DNA of 64,000 bases from Eledone cirrhosa (taxonomy: Eukaryota), in the NCBI GenBank assembly GCA_964016885.1, contig OZ024743.1, forward strand, positions 62,248,001-62,312,000. Direction: 5' to 3'. The notes beneath the pieces were generated by a model. That model saw nothing but the letters and a program-made list of their open reading frames with translations, made no database searches and was not told the origin of the DNA. This document shows positions 1-15,719 of the stretch, piece after piece (positions within the stretch are counted from its first letter, which is position 1; every line of letters begins with the position of its first letter). The position numbers and the translations under genes are program-made.

Positions 1-1334
1 GACCTTAAACCACAAAGCCACGCGCCTAATATTTCACTCAGTGAGATTGAGCCGGGTGCTCATGTTTGCAATGCGAACTTCTAAGCTATTCTACCATCCC
101 TGCGTCCACTAATGGATAAACTCAATATACTGATTAATGATTATATATGTGTTACCAATGTAGGTGATGGATTGGCAGTATAGGGAGAGCATCGGACAAC
201 ATGCTTTGCAGCATCGAGTTATGGCCCTTTACATTCCGAGTTCAGATCCCATCGAGGTTACCTTTGCCTTTCATACTTATCATGCTAGAGATACATGTTC
301 TATCTTTGATAGTTATTACCGAGACAGCATCATTTCGTTACTATATTTCTAATTAAAGACACTACCTATAATGTTTAAATCATTTTGAAAATGACCAAGA
401 GCTTGGAGGGATTTAGTAATATAACTAACTTTTTCATTAATATGCTGGAACAAACATAACTTTAAGGTTCTTACTTAAAATTATTATGGCCGGTTTATAT
501 ATATATATATATGAAACAATTTAATATACTCCTAGATATACAACATCTGAAAACAATTTAGACAGGATGCCTATTACCACAACTTTCATCAGAGCTGGTG
601 CATAGGTTTTTAGTATCCTTGGTTAGCTCTACAATGTGCACCCCCTCTCTTTTTCTGAATAAAATAATTTCAACTTACAGTTTGTTAGGCTGACGAACCA
701 GCCTGTATCTTCCGCTACACAGTCCACACTCACCCACGCCAACTCATATGGCAGGTCATAATGCCGTACGATCGATCCTCTGTACCGATTTGGATATTTC
801 TACAACACTGCTACGCAGCAAAGATGTTTATTTATTGATCGCAAGAAATTGTATATTTAAATTAATTATGCACAGTTGTATAAAACTGATCCTTTAAGTT
901 TAAGTAATACGCCTCACTCAAATCTGCCCCTAGACCGCTGCCTCGTTGACCTTAATTGTAACGCCGGCTTTGTATTTGATCCTAGTTCTGCTACTGCATA
1001 ATGTAGTTGTAGATTCGCTATGTCTGAAAACATTAAAGACGAGACACCCATAGCTGGAATACCTTTGATCCGAGTTTTGCTGTATCAAGTTAAACCTGAC
1101 TTTAAAAAGATCCACCACCTTTGTGTTTCTCTATAATTTCTAGTAAGCTTCTCAATTGTTCCAATACAGCATAACTGATCTATTATTCTTCTAGTTTAAA
1201 CAATTGACATTAATGCTATAATAGACAAGTATATAAGTCAAACGTCAAATAACTAACATAAACGACGTCCTTTATACTACCTCATGGTCTGTTATATAAT
1301 ACTTTTTCATAGTATTTTATCTAATTTATGGGAA

Positions 1335-1620
1335 AGTGCGTGGCTTTGTGGTTAGCAAGTTAGATTCACAATCATGAGGTTGTAAGTTCGATTCCCAGAC
1401 TGGTGGTGCGCTGTTTTCTTGAGAAAAACACTTTATTGCTCTTTGCTCCAGTTCACTCAGCTGTAGAAATGAGTTTCGACGTCACAAGTTTCAAGTTGTA
1501 GTGGCCTTTACCTTTCCATTGGATGACAGCGGTGGCATGGAGAGACTAGTATCGCCGGGCTTGTGCCTCGAAGGAGAACTTTCTACGTGCAAAACTCATG
1601 ATCATTTGTGACTGAAGGGA
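1335..1620 (+). mobile_element. tRNA-derived CORE-type SINE (representative of more than 10 copies)
   Basis: GCGTGGCTT.GTGGTTAG..GTTCGATTCC head plus CTTGAGCAAGACACTTTA..GCTCCAGT.CACTCAGCTG core; others at about 6660, 9365-9780, 18040-18305(-), 24860-25060(-), 26220-26430, 27825, 28180, 36270-36600, 62890-63175(-). Confidence 0.8.
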
Positions 1621-3376
1621 GGGGGGGGTTATGTCGTTTATAAAGTGACGAACAGGCAGAGTTGTTACAGTGCTGGAATGACCCTTTTATTACGATAATT
1701 TTAAAAAAGGTATTGCCTGTGAGTTTCAAATCATTTTGAAAATAATCAAGAATTTGGAGGGATTTAGTAATAAACTAATTAAGCTGATCTTTGTAGCATA
1801 ACGTAAAGGTTTGTACATGAAATCATAATGGGTTGTTTTTTTTTCGATAAATATAGACACTTTAAAACAAACAGCTTAGAACCATAGACTCATGTGCGGT
1901 TTCAGGTGGTTTCGTATCAAAAGGTTTAAATGATTGTTTGGTTTGTATTTATTTTGGTTCTCAGAGTTCAACTTTTCATTCCTCTTTTTTTTTGGGGGGG
2001 GGGGGGGGGGGCAAGAAATGAAGTACCGATCCTGAGTGCCGGATTGGCAGAATTGTTAGAAAGTCGGATGGGATGTATTTGCGTTCCGATTTCACCTGTG
2101 ACGTGTCTGACGCCGAGTTGTATCAACCCTTGGCCACCTTTTGTTTCGGTTCTCTGAGCTCTTAACTCAAATCCAGGCAAGGTCAATTTCAGGTGCCAGT
2201 CTGCGGTGGTGGGTTTGATTATTGATAAGCTTTGGACATGATGCCTTGTGGTATCTGTGTCGGTCCTTTGAGTTCTGTATTCACTGGCAACGTCATTGGT
2301 GCCAAGCTATATCGGCATTTGCCTCGCTCTTGGACAACATCAGTTGCGTGGATACTGCTGGTTTTCCACATAAAAATCTTCCCCAGGATTGCCCGTTGAA
2401 GCAAAACTTTCCAGGGTTCACCAAAATTCTCACGAGACATGTATGCATTTTATAGTACTTTATAATATTTTGTGAAGGCGCATGACTTAATGGTTAGGGT
2501 ACTGGGCTCACAATTGTAAGATGGTGAGTTCGATTTCCACTCAGCTGGGAAAATGAGATGCGACAACACTGGTGCCAAGCTGCATTCGCTTTTGCCTCTC
2601 CCTTGCCTCCCTCATCCATGTCGTTGAAGGATAATAGTTTGCTCCGCCTTGTGCTTCAGTCAGTCAGTGATGGCTAAAGAGGCTTTTTCTTTTTATAGTA
2701 TTACATACTCCTTTATAGTATTTTCTAGTTCTTTATATTTTAAATGTTTCAATATCCATACACGTGTATACACGTGTGTGAGTGTGTTTTATCAATAGAT
2801 CTTCTAGTGTCTGTAAAACATCAGTCATCTGTTGAAAGTTATATAGTAAATAGGAAGTACCTAACATGTTCTCTATTGCCTGCTGATAATATCCTCTTTT
2901 TCAACATAGCCATTTATAACACAGTTGATATATCTACAGATTACATCAGACAACATATGAAGCAATATGAAGAGGAGTGGCTGATAATAATATCTCTTTT
3001 ATACAGACATTTATAACATATTTGATATATCTTCTGATTGTATCACATAGTAAATATTTGTTTGTTTGTTTTTTTTAACGTTTACGTATAAACTCCAGAC
3101 TCCCTCCCGCTCACCGCCATCTCACCACCAGGCGCCTCTGGCAGACCAACGAAATAATATTGTAGCCCAGTGTCAGAGAGGGGCTGAAATAGCTCACTAT
3201 GACTGGATTACTGTTGAAATGAAGACAAGATCTCGAAGTGGAAGTGGAATTTACATAACCCCAGTATTACCTGCCTGTACTGAACAAGGCAAATCGTTCA
3301 GTGATGCGATATTGGAAACCTGCTCTGGACAGGTGTAGCCAGTGAGAGGGAGAGACAGTATTATTGTTGTTGTTGT

Positions 3377-4060
3377 TGTCAGGCTAGGCTTATTCCTGCT
3401 ACAGGAATCATGTAATCTAGTACAACTTCCTTCATGGTCGGGTGGTCGGCGACTAAACCGGTTCCCCCAACAGACCCTGGTCTGGTGAGGAGGGTAAGTG
3501 GAACCCCAGTAACACAAAAAACAAGAGCTGTTAAATGGCGGACAAACTCTTTAAAGTCAACGGCCATCCACCCCAACTATGGGTTAAATAGCCTGGGAAA
3601 GAGGCCCAATGGCCTGGTACGGTGGCCCCCTAGTGTTATCGATACAAATAAATCACTGTAGTATGGTGATCTGTCTCATATAGGACAGTTCGGAACAAAG
3701 TTACATCCTCCAGATGTGCCCAAGCCACCAGTCTAGGGATGGTGTCCCATTAAAAACACTGGGAAATGGCAATTTGCCTAAACCATCCAGGTACATGGGA
3801 AATCCCCTTTTACCCCCTTCAAAAATATGGAGAGACATAGCATAATTTCAGACTGGAGATTGTGATGCAGGAAAATGCTAAGCAGTCTGAGCACCAACAC
3901 CACCACCAGTACCACCACCCTGGCTCAGGAGCACAGGGTAACACTCTTGGTGCTGGCATAAAGAAGTTGCCAAAAGGACAATGTAGAATCCTAAAATGTA
4001 AATCTAAGTGAACCTAGGCTGATAACAAGGTATTATTGGAATGTTAGGAATGATCCACCT
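3377..4060 (+). mobile_element. decayed RTE-like 5' leader
   Basis: Starts GTCAGG and shares CATGGTCGGGT..GGCGACTAAAC, GAGGAGGGT and GAGTCAA.GGCCATCCA with the 600 bp element; WNVR-like endonuclease start near 4035. Confidence 0.5.
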
Positions 4061-4452
4061 GAAAGAGGATACATGGTGGATGTAAAGAGGGATGAATGAA
4101 CTTTCTTCTCAAAGGCTGGCTGTTCAGTTTAGAAATATCAGAACCAAGAACGTATTGTCTAAAGTAAGACTAGTAGAGATTTGTTGCATAGTCCATGAAG
4201 AAGGTTTTGAATGATGAAGTGAGCAAAGTGTGTGTGTGTCTGTGTTAATTTTATTTTTATTTTTTTCTCATCCGATTTCTATGTACCCCCCCCCCCCCTT
4301 ACACACACACACTGTATGTAATTTGTTTTCTTAATGTCCCATTATTTACGCCCTTGTGACAAATAAAAGTAATTATTATTATCGTTATTATAGGATCGTT
4401 TTCTCAGATACGGTGTTGAAATACAGATATTGTGTGATATAATTATTATTAT

Positions 4453-4835
4453 CGGTAGAGCGTCAGACAATGGTGTCTGACGCTCTACAGCATATTTATG
4501 GCCCTTTACGTTCTGAGTTCAAATCCCACCGAGGTTAACTTTGCCTTTCATCCTTACGGGGTCGATAAAATAAAGTACCAGTAATGCACTGAGTAATTGC
4601 TGGCCTTGTGCCTAAAGTAGAAACAATTATTATTATTATAAGGCGGTGGATTGGCAGGAGCTGTAGAGCGTCAGATGACATGCTTTGCGGCATTTGTTCC
4701 GGCTCTTTACGCTCTGTGTTCAAATCCCGCCGAAGTTAGCTTTGCCTTTCATCCTTAGGTACAGTCACGCATTGGGGTCGATTTAGTCGACTTTCCCCTC
4801 CCCAAAATTGCTGGCCTTGTGCCTAAATCAGAAAA
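4453..4835 (+). mobile_element. tandem tRNA-derived SINEs with Nin/Deu-like core (representative of more than 20 copies)
   Basis: A-box-like TGGCAG..GTAGAGCG, B-box GAGTTCAAATCC, core TTTGCCTTTCATCCTTACGGGGTCGATAAAATAAAGTACCAG, (ATT)n tail; others at about 7500-7712(-), 9850-10070, 10407-10935, 14625-15020(-), 16864-17050, 29300-29520, 33280-33430(-), 35620-35900(-), 45445-45650(-), 51055-51475, 60750-60930, 62395-62510(-). Confidence 0.85.
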
Positions 4836-4885
4836 CATTACTATTGTTATTATTTGTTTATTATTATTACTATTTTATTTTTCAG

Positions 4886-5023
4886 GCCAAATGTGTGTCC
4901 TTACCAACAAGTGGAGATGTCCTTAGTGCGGCAGCCGTGTGTGCAAGCTTACACACGTTTAGTTAAAGTATGGAAACCCAACTGTGGTTATATGCATAAA
5001 TGGTGTGTTGGGTATGAACGAAA
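4886..5023 (+). CDS. MEGF6: MEGF6-like gene, exon encoding N-terminal half of EMI domain
   Basis: Polypyrimidine tract plus ttcAG acceptor, GTAAGT donor; translates PNVCPYQQVEMSLVRQPCVQAYTRLVKVWKPNCGYMHKWCVGYER, which resembles the MEGF6 EMI N-half (P.VC...RQPCVQA....VWK..C....WCVG.ER); phase 2 at both ends. Confidence 0.92.
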
Positions 5024-5229
5024 GTAAGTTTTAATAAATATCTTTACTCTCTTTGTCTTTTCCTTTAAAAAAAAAAAACATTTGCTAGTTAGATACATTC
5101 ATTTCTCTCGTATTCTCTTCATATCATATGTATATACCTCTCTCGTTATTCTCTTTCTCTGTTTGATATATCGCTCACACCGTTTCACTCTCTCTCTCTC
5201 TTTCTTTTTTTCTCTCTCTCTATTTATTT

Positions 5230-5266
<37 letters not shown>

Positions 5267-5337
5267 CTCTCTCTCTCTCTCTTTCTCTCTCCGTATTTCC
5301 TATTATCTCTCTGTCTTTCTTCCTCTTTCTCTCTCTC

Positions 5338-5376
<39 letters not shown>

Positions 5377-8300
5377 CAGACACTCCCAAACATTTTGTCT
5401 TAAGGCTATTCCTTCAAAGTTCAAAATTCCGCTGCCCCTAAGATTGCCATATCTAATACAATTAGCTTTCAAATGTTATATGTACTATTACAACATTGTA
5501 TGTGTGTCCTGTTGCCTTTCATCCATTCAAGGTCGGTAGAAAAAGTACCAGTCAAGTACCGGGGTCGATTCTTCCTCTATAATATCTTTCTCACTTCCAT
5601 TCTCTCACTCTCTCTATCCTTCTTTGAAAGAAATCTGCTGTGTTCAGACCTGGAGACAAATGAGCTCCACCAGGCTTAAACAATACCCAAGCCACGCTAT
5701 ATGCCACTATGGTGCTCCTACGACTCCATCAGGAGTTATGGAACCATACCATACCATAATATAGGTATAACGTGTTTTGTGGTGGCAGTTATAATATTCT
5801 GTCTGCATTGAATTATTTATATATTTGTCTGTGCAGTTTAGTTTGTTAAGTTGTTGGTTGTAGATGATTGTATTAAACGTAATATCAATAACTGAGTAAC
5901 TGTATTGTGTTCTGTAGGTCTTAGTTGGTTTACGTTTGTTGTATTCTTTTACCTTTATATTGATTTTGGGTGGGGTTACGAGAGAAGTAATTTTCATATG
6001 CTCTCGGGTCCCAAATAATGAAGGGGGAATAAGCGGGGGTGGTTGAAAAATCGGTAATTTTTCTAGGTTGTCTCCGTTGATGTGTTTTTAAACCAGAATT
6101 AGTCGTTTATTTTATAACATGGGATTTCTAGTAATGTACTTTTTTGTCATGCATAATATTTATTAATGTCTAAAGAAAATTAATTGCCGCAAGAATGCGA
6201 CCACTTAAAATAAAATTTTGCGGGAGGTATATTAACAAAATTTAATAAGCGGGGGATGGAAAAAATATTCAAGACCTGAGTGTACTCAGCATTGCCGGGA
6301 GACAGATATAAATGGATTCCGAAGGTATATTCTAATTGTTCCTATCATCAACGGAACTACATCCTCCTGGAGAAAATACTGCCTTATTGTAATTAGTGTA
6401 CAAACCAGCTGGGGATGGCCGCAATATGGAGTTGACGGGAAAGATGGGGAAGGAGTGAAGGTAAGATGTGCTACTTCCAACGAGCATTCAAATCGTTGCG
6501 ATTTGAACTCGGAACATAAAGAGCAGCAACAAATTCCCCGAGAAGGATTAATGTCACTACCGCCATCATCAGTTAAACAATAATAACAGAAACACAATAT
6601 GTTTTTTTGTAAAAGAGAAGTACACTTTAGATAATGAATTCCTAGATATCCCCGGTGAAGGTGCGTGGCTTCGTGGTTTGAGAATTGGATTCGAAATCGT
6701 GAGGTTGCGAGTTCGATTCCCGGTGCGACAATGCGCTATGTCCTTGAGCAAGACACTTTATATCACGTTCCGCTTCTGACAGGAGATGCGACAGGTAGAT
6801 AGTATAAGCAATGGCAAGACCAATGGAAACATTGTTTCCTTGGTCCGATTTGATGAGTTCCAACCCCACTCGGGAAGCGAATGAGGTCTGGGATCTTGTC
6901 GATTCATTCCCCTAAGATAACCCCAAATAGGCAGGATGGTCATAATTGGTATATCTGGTCTACTGGATTAGTTGTGATGTAGAGCTAATCAGCAATAAAC
7001 AACAGCAACAACAATAGCAACATAATAACACCAGTCACACCTGAATAATACGTGGAGACGTCTGGTGTCCTTGGCCCTAGAGCCACCTCTCTACTCACCA
7101 CCATAGGTGCTGAGCAGGTTAGCCATAGGTGCTCGCCTCGCGAGCTGGAATGGCTCTTTCAGCGCATCTCCCTCACAATGCTCCGGAGAAACGCCTTCTC
7201 TATACTGTCTGACGGGGCACCCAGCGCGTGAACCCCGATTTGCTCATAATAGTGAGAGATGGGGAGGGCAAAAGAGATGGAGGCGATGACAGTGGGAGTT
7301 TGGTTCCTCTGTGTTCGGACCTGGTGTACATGTGTGTGTATGTTTACACTATCGACCCTTTCATCCGTAGTAGAACAACAATTTTAACAGAACATCTGCT
7401 ACCAGTCATTTATAGACAATATATCATTGCAGACATACATCCTTTATTTTCCACTTTATAAACCTGTTTACAACAGCAGCAACAACAGCAACTATAATGG
7501 TTTCGAGTTTAGGCACAAGGCCAACAGTTTGGTGGAGGGGAAACTATTTTAAATCGGCCCCAGTATGTTACTGGTACTTTATTTTATCGACCCCTTAAGA
7601 ATGAAAGAAAAGATAACCTCGGTGGGATTTGAACTCAAAACGTAAAGGGACGTAACTATATGCCGCAAAGCATGTTGTCCGGTGCTCTACCGATACTGTC
7701 AATCCACCGTTCCTCCAGCAACTATAAAACCAAATAAATCTAAAATAACAATTATTACTACTACAACTACTATTACTTCATCGATCTCTAGCTGGTGATT
7801 GGGAGAGGCTGTCCTCTCAATCAATAAGCTGCTGTGGGTGTCGCTGGATGATAGACACCTATGATGATATTCTTCCACGCTTTACTATCCATGGCGCTGA
7901 CCTTAGCATGGTCGAGGTCGGGGCGCTGCGATTTCAGATCCTCCTCGATTTGTTTCGCCCATATCTTCGGTGCGTTGCGCTAGATTCTCCAGTGCACGGG
8001 TCACTGTCGTGACAAAAAGATGGTACGGTAGTCTTCCAGTTCTCATCCTGCAGACCTGGCCAAACAACTGAAGCCTGTGTTGCCGGATTGGGTTTTCAAT
8101 GGTCGGTTGCTGCTGTCATTGTTCTGATACTAGAATTACAATTACTACCACTACAACAGCAACAGCAACAGATACAACTATTAATATAACACCAACAACT
8201 ACAAAATCAATGAGTACAATAACAACTACAATATGAATTAATACTACTACTACTACTACAATGGAATGGACCTCCGTCGGTTTCGATGATGCGTGTTCTA

Positions 8301-11300
8301 GTTAAACGATCAACGGAACAGCCTACTTATGAAATTTACGTGTAAGTAGCATTCCAAAGACACGTGTAACCTTAACGTGATTACCAAATAGATTCAGTGT
8401 CACACAGTGTGTATGATAAGGCTAGCCCTTTGAATTACAAATATAGTCCATTTGACGGGCTTCCATATACTTTCCGTCTACCCAATTTCCTTCATAAGAC
8501 ATGGGTTGAGCTGAGGCTACGGAGCCATGGTAAAAGACTCATGCCCAAGATGCCACGAAATGAAGTCGAACCCGAAACTCAATGATTACGAAGCGAGCTT
8601 CATAACCATTTGATCATGCTGCGACTCACTATAAACCAGTGATTACTTAACAACAGTTACACTAACAATCATGGAAAAACGGTCGTAAAATGATGATGAT
8701 GATAGTGGTGGTGGTGGTGGTGGTGGTGGCGACCACGACCACGACTACGACTACTACTACTACGACTAAAACCACAAAATCAGCGAGGCTACGACCAACA
8801 GCTGTAACAATTATTACACCTTACTTCCTCACTCTTCAGAAGAGGAAATACAATAATGAAAGAAAAAAAAACCACTGTAAAAGATAATATTGAAAAAAAA
8901 AACCTATTACTAAAATTACTAAAAAAAAAACTATATAAAAATTCTATTTTAGTCTTCAAACATTTCTCCCAATTTACAGCATTCTGATCACTTCACCAGA
9001 ACACAAACTTACACACGTTCATACGTTCATATCCTCCCATATATATTTGCTCACATATACATAAATGTATAAGCAACCACACACACACATTACTATTATA
9101 TCCACATGTTCAGGTATGTACACGCATGCATACGAGTGCTGACGCTTCGGTAGACAATTACACTCGGAAACACACCCATACATAAATATGTTAAGGCATA
9201 CTCGACGTTACACACAGAACAAACAGACTATAATCACACACCCTCACACACACTCACACACATTCATATACACACACACATACACTCACTAAAGTATGAA
9301 AATACTAATTAAATCATACATGGATGCACATGAGAATACAACAGTGTGTGTGTGTGTACATGTGCGCGTGGCTGAGGGGTTAGGGTGTGTGAGTTACGAT
9401 CGTAATTTCGCGCGTTCGACTCCCGGCGGCATTTTGTGACTTTGCGCAAGATTCTATATTTTATGTTGCTCCAGTTCACTCAGCTGGGGAAAAAATGGAT
9501 TACACCTGTAATTCAAATGTGCCACGCTGAATTTCCCTGAGAATTATCTTAAGGGTACGCGTGTCTACGGAATACTCAGCCACTTCCGTTGTATGCGCGA
9601 GTGACTAAGGATTTAAGGTGTTTAGCTCACGATTCTATGGTTGTGTGTTCGAACCCCGGTGGTGCTTTGCGTCCTTGGACGAGACACTTTATTTCACGTT
9701 GTTCCAGTTAACTCAGCTATGAAAAATGAATTGTGCCTGTAATATAAACTGTGTCCTGTTTAATCTCCCTGAAGATTACATGGTTACGGATTAGGCTGTT
9801 CTGTTGATCAAACCACTGGAACGTTCTTCGTTGGAATTGTTCTGGTCCTTTACGTTCTGAGGTCAAATAACGCCCTTACAGGGTCGATAAAATAAAGCAC
9901 CAGTCACGCACTGGGGTCGATTTAATCGACTTTCCCTTCCCCAAAAATTGCCTTGTGCCTAAATCAGAAACCATTATTATCGAGGTTAACTTTGCCTTTC
10001 ATCCCTACGGGGTCGATAAAATAAAGTACCAGTAATGTACTGGTTGTTGGCCTTGTGCCAAAAGTAGAAACAATTATTATTAAATATAATTAACTACACT
10101 GGAAGATTGTAAACGACCGTCCTTTTATACACACTCATATAGTGGACGGGCAAAGAAGGATGATGTATATACAGCCATTGCTAAGGTCTACAAATCGTTT
10201 TCACCGATTTGCATGAATGACGTGTTCTTAAGTTTAGTATATTACTGATGCATTAACTGTGTATTTAAGTTAATTTAGACACATACACGCATTCTCGGCT
10301 GAAGTTTATGCATTTGCTCTAAATACCGAGATTTGACTTCATAATTTATTTTTCTCCCCCACCTCCACCTCGCCCTTTTTCTCATTCTTTTTCTTTTTTC
10401 CTGTTATTTGGCAAAGTCGATAGAGCGTCGGACAAAATGCTTTGAGGCATTTAGTTACGCCCCTTTACGTTCTGAGTTTAAATCCTGCCCAGGTCAACTT
10501 CGCTTGTCAGCTTTCGATAAAATAAAAATACAATACCAGTCATGTACTGGGGTCGATATACTTGATTACCTCTCCCGCCCACCCGCCGAATTACTGTTCT
10601 TTTCTCTAAATTAGAAATCATTATTTTAATCCTTAAAACGTCCCTTTACAGTCTGAGTTCAAATCCCGCCGAGGTTAACTTTGCCTTTCATCCTTACGGA
10701 GTCGATAAAATAAAGTACTAGTAATGTACTTGGTAATTGCTGGCCTTGTGCCTAAAGTAGAAACAATTATTTTAATCCTTAAAACGGGGATTGGCAGTAT
10801 CGGTTCGGACGTCCCTTTATAATCTGAGTTCAAATCACGCCGAGGTTAACTTTGCCTTTCATCCTTACGGGGTCGATAAAATAAAATACCAGTAATGTAC
10901 TGATATAATTGCTGGCCTTGTGCCAAAAGTTTAAACAATTATTTTAATCCTTTTTAGAAACTAGACTTTTTCCATACGCCGACACGTATGTGTGTATGTG
11001 TCTACGTATGTGTATGTGCATATGCATACATTTATATGTATGAGTATATAAATATAAACGTGCAAACACAGACACACACATTCACGCAGGCAGCAGATGT
11101 AAAGAGAGAGAAGTAGTATGAGATAGTCAAACTACTCCTCTCTCTTTATGTATTGTGACACAATCGCAGAAATTTATATATAGATAACTTTCTTTATATT
11201 TTTTTTTTTTTTTTTAATATTTAGTTTAACTGAGTTTATTTGTAGCTTTATAGTTGTTATTGTTTTAAAAGACCTAGCTTTTGTTTGTCATTTTGATTTA

Positions 11301-12701
11301 ATGTTTGGCAGTTTCAATATTGATTCTGTTTATTCATATTTCGTTTGCAAAAGATTAATCTTGATTAAATAACCATCTTGCTAATTATTCCATTTCCTCA
11401 ACGTAACTATTTTTTATACACAGTCTACTGTTTATAACTTTGCCTGTACATTAAAGTTGTTGTAATTTCGTCGTTTCCAGTGATAACTATTCCAGTTGTT
11501 TGATAAACTAGATAGTTTGCTTGTGAAATCATATAGCGTGCAAGTGGCTGAGCATTCTACAGTCTCGTGTGCCCTTAACGTAACTCTTAGAGAAATTGTG
11601 TATATGTGGTAGATTGTATAGTATAAACGAACACCTATAAGTGCATAAAGGATCTATTCATTCACATATACACCCTCGCCAATAAATGCACAGAGCTACA
11701 TAATAATTGTTATATAATCTTATACACACATCGTAATACACTCAGAAGAATGTACACTGTCATGCGATATATATGCATGTCTACTAACAGTTAAGTATTT
11801 CTGTCGTATGAAACTTGATATATACATATCTGTATGTCTAGAACAAAAGTTCATCTTCTACTCATATCATATGATTACGATAACATACACATACACGCAT
11901 ATATATATATGTATGTGTGTGTATGTATGTATGTATGTATGTATGTATGTATGTATGTATGTATGTATGTATGTATGTATGTATGTATGTATGTATGTAT
12001 GTATGTGTGTATGTGTGTGTGTATTTATGTGTGTGTATGTATGTATGTATGTATGTATGTACGTATGTCTATACACACACACACACATATAAATTATGTG
12101 TATATATATATATGTAAATTTTTATATATGTGTGTGTGTGTGTGTGTGTGTATGTGTGTGTATGTAGTCTATAGGTCTATTGTGTGTGAAAGGGCGGAGA
12201 GGAAGAGAGAGAGGAGGGATGTGTTTATTTATTTTAGAGAGAATGTGAAAACTTTACTTACATCTGAATTCAACCGAATATGTTACCATACATGATATAT
12301 TTGATCATTTCTGTATCTATCTGTTGTACTTACATCTAAAATTCCTTGGTGGTTTACCAGACATCGAATGTGAGGGGGTGGCAGTCACTCGACTTAATTG
12401 ACATCCAACACATTGACACTGATCTTTCAACATACGATGGAATCGTAGGGGCGCCGTCATGACATTCGGCGTTTCTTAGACATTTTAAACCTGGTGAAAC
12501 CTATCTGTTTCCATATTTGACCACAACCGATTCCTATAAAGACGGCATGGCTACACATTTCCCCATCTCTCATGACTTTTGAAAATCATGAAATTTGTGA
12601 AACCGGTAAAGTCGTAAATTATTGTAAACAAACCTTAAAGACTCCAATTGCATTTTTGACATTTTTTCCTATATTTTTACCAGTGGGACATATTAGAAAA
12701 C

Positions 12702-12807
<106 letters not shown>

Positions 12808-12825
12808 AAATGTATATATATATGT

Positions 12826-13190
12826 AGGAAAACTCTGAAATAACACCTGCAGCCCTGATGGTATCCAATGATGTTGACTTGTTCTTCTTTTTGGTAAATA
12901 TCATCTTGGTTAAGAGAGTGGGACTGGCTTTGTGCAGTGCCTTTGCTCACTATAAAAGCTTCACGGCACAGGCATTGCTTTATATCTGGAGATCTCTCTA
13001 CACTTGTCATCACATGGTACCATGGGCCCAGCACTATGTATCAATAATTGTCACAAGTGTAGTGTTTGTACCAGAGTTTTCAAGTCGCTGGCTGGACTAA
13101 AATGTCACACTCGTTCAGCGCATCGGTAGGGGTTCTCCTATTTGGATATAAAGTAGTGGCCGTACTCGAAAACGAGTTGGCAGCCACCAT
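12826..13190 (+). mobile_element. 5'-truncated copy of the 600 bp element
   Basis: Matches 48913-49275. Confidence 0.8.
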
Positions 13191-13289
13191 ATATATGTAT
13201 ATATATGTATATGTGTATTCTTGTAATTGGATAATATTTAATAATACCCACATTATATATCGGTGTATATATATATATATATATATATA

Positions 13290-13831
<542 letters not shown>

Positions 13832-15404
13832 ATTATATATACATATATGTGTGTATGTATATTTATATGTACACATATATGTATGAAGATGGGTGTGTGT
13901 GTGTGTATTCGAAATTAAAGTTTTTTCTGATATGTCCCACGGGTAAAAATATAGGTTTAAGGTTTGTTTACAATAAATTATGACTTTACCGGTTTCAGAA
14001 GTTTCATGATTTTCAATAGTCATGAGAGATGGGGAAATGTGTAACCATGCTGTCTATATATATATATAGGAAAATAGTCAGGACCCCGACGGCTGAGCTC
14101 CGGCCGTTTCGACAGCATATTCGGATCTAGCTGTCGAAACGGTGTGTTAGTTTAGTTATTAGATGACCTTTGAAGAGATTTTTTTAAAGAAATAGTCAGA
14201 AAGTGACCCTCCTCCTTCAACTAACTTACTCTCTGCCTCTGGGCCTCGACCGACAGGCTGGAGAATACATTGCCCGGAGGACGGCGAGGCAGACGCGCTG
14301 GAACAGCTACTCCACCTCCCGGGAGTTAATAAACCGTAAAATCAAATATGTCGATGTATATTTGAATCATTCTTCTGTCACGAAAGAAATTCTTATTTCT
14401 AGTTCATATCTTATCTTTGCTTAATTAAAGTTGCGTGTCACAATTTTGTAGAGAATAAATTTCGTTATATTAAATTAATTATGCTGCAAGAGGAAATATA
14501 TAGTTTTGCATGTCAAAAATATAGTGTTTCTCTTTTCATGCATTAGATACAATAACACATCACACTCTCTCAGAAAACCGCTCAGAGGCCAGTATTTCTT
14601 CCAGTATTTCTTCCAGTTATTAATGGTTTCTGATTTAGGCACAAAGCCAGCAATTTGGGGGAGGGGAAAGTGCATTACTGGTGCTTTCTTTTATCAACCC
14701 CGTAAGGATGAAAGGCAAAGCTAACCTCGGTGGGATTTGAACTCAGGGCGTAAAGGGCCGTAACTCTATGCCACAAAGCATGTTGTCCGACTTTCTAACG
14801 ATTCTGCCAATTCACCACACTCTTTCTTCCAATAATTAATTGTTTCTTCTTTTGGCACAAGGCCACCAATTATCTCAGTACATTACTGGTGCTTTATTTT
14901 ATTGACCCCATAAGGATGAAAGACAAAGTTAACCTCGGCGGGATTTGAACTCAGACCATAAAGGGCCGTAACTCTTTGCTATAAAGCATGGCATCAGAAC
15001 CTCTAATGATACTGCCAATACATAATAATAAAGGCAGAAAAAATCAATATGATCAATAAGTTTTTAGTGAATGGTAATAATTTTAGCGTCTCCCATCAAG
15101 TGAATAGCCGTTTATTTCAATACAGTCTAAAGTACATATTGTTGATGATGATGATGATGTGTTTGTTTTCCCCTATGTCAGCCCAGATAGTGTAAGCTTA
15201 TCATTAAAAGCTTTCCAGCTATGACCCTCCGGTTTTTTTTTTGGGGGGGGGGGTCTTTTTTGTCTTTTTTTTGTCTTTTATTGCTTGTTTTTTTTTTGTA
15301 TATCCAAGACTACATTCTACTTTGTCCTTTTTTATTTAAAGAATGTGACTTAAGAGGGATTGACTCCTGTTTCTAGTCAATCAAGTAACCGTATACAGTC
15401 TCTC

Positions 15405-15686
15405 TCTCTATATATCTATATATATCTATCTATCTAAGGCGGGTAAAATTCCCGAGATCCATGGACGAGTTCTCTCCAGCGGTCTCTGTCCCTCATTATC
15501 GCTGCCATATCCTGCATCTCCAACAGACCAGTGTCTGTCCTTAGGGCATCAACATATGTTAACCTTGGTCTTCCTCTTCTAGTGTGTCCATGTAGGGGCT
15601 CCCAAAGGAGCACTGAGTGCAATGTCAACTCTGGATGTCGGTGAGCATGTCCAGCCAACCTCAGTCTCCTCTGTGTCACTTTTGAC

Positions 15687-15688
<2 letters not shown>
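15405..15688 (-). mobile_element. RTE LINE 3' fragment, same family as 23891-24247
   Basis: KVTQRRLRLAGHAHRHPELTLHSVLLWEP..RDRWRELVHGSREFYPP* followed by a (TAGA)-like tail. Confidence 0.88.

Positions 15689-15711
<23 letters not shown>

Positions 15712-15719
<8 letters not shown>

Noticed and set aside
685-710. AGGCTGACGAACCAGCCT hairpin containing CUGACGA
   Set aside because: No downstream GAAA or NUH arrangement
4641-4735. tRNA genes
   Set aside because: A/B-box sequences are SINE heads that continue into SINE cores; no complete cloverleaf
5998-6284. Possible pogo-like MITE
   Set aside because: Terminal inverted match is short and imperfect; not enough support
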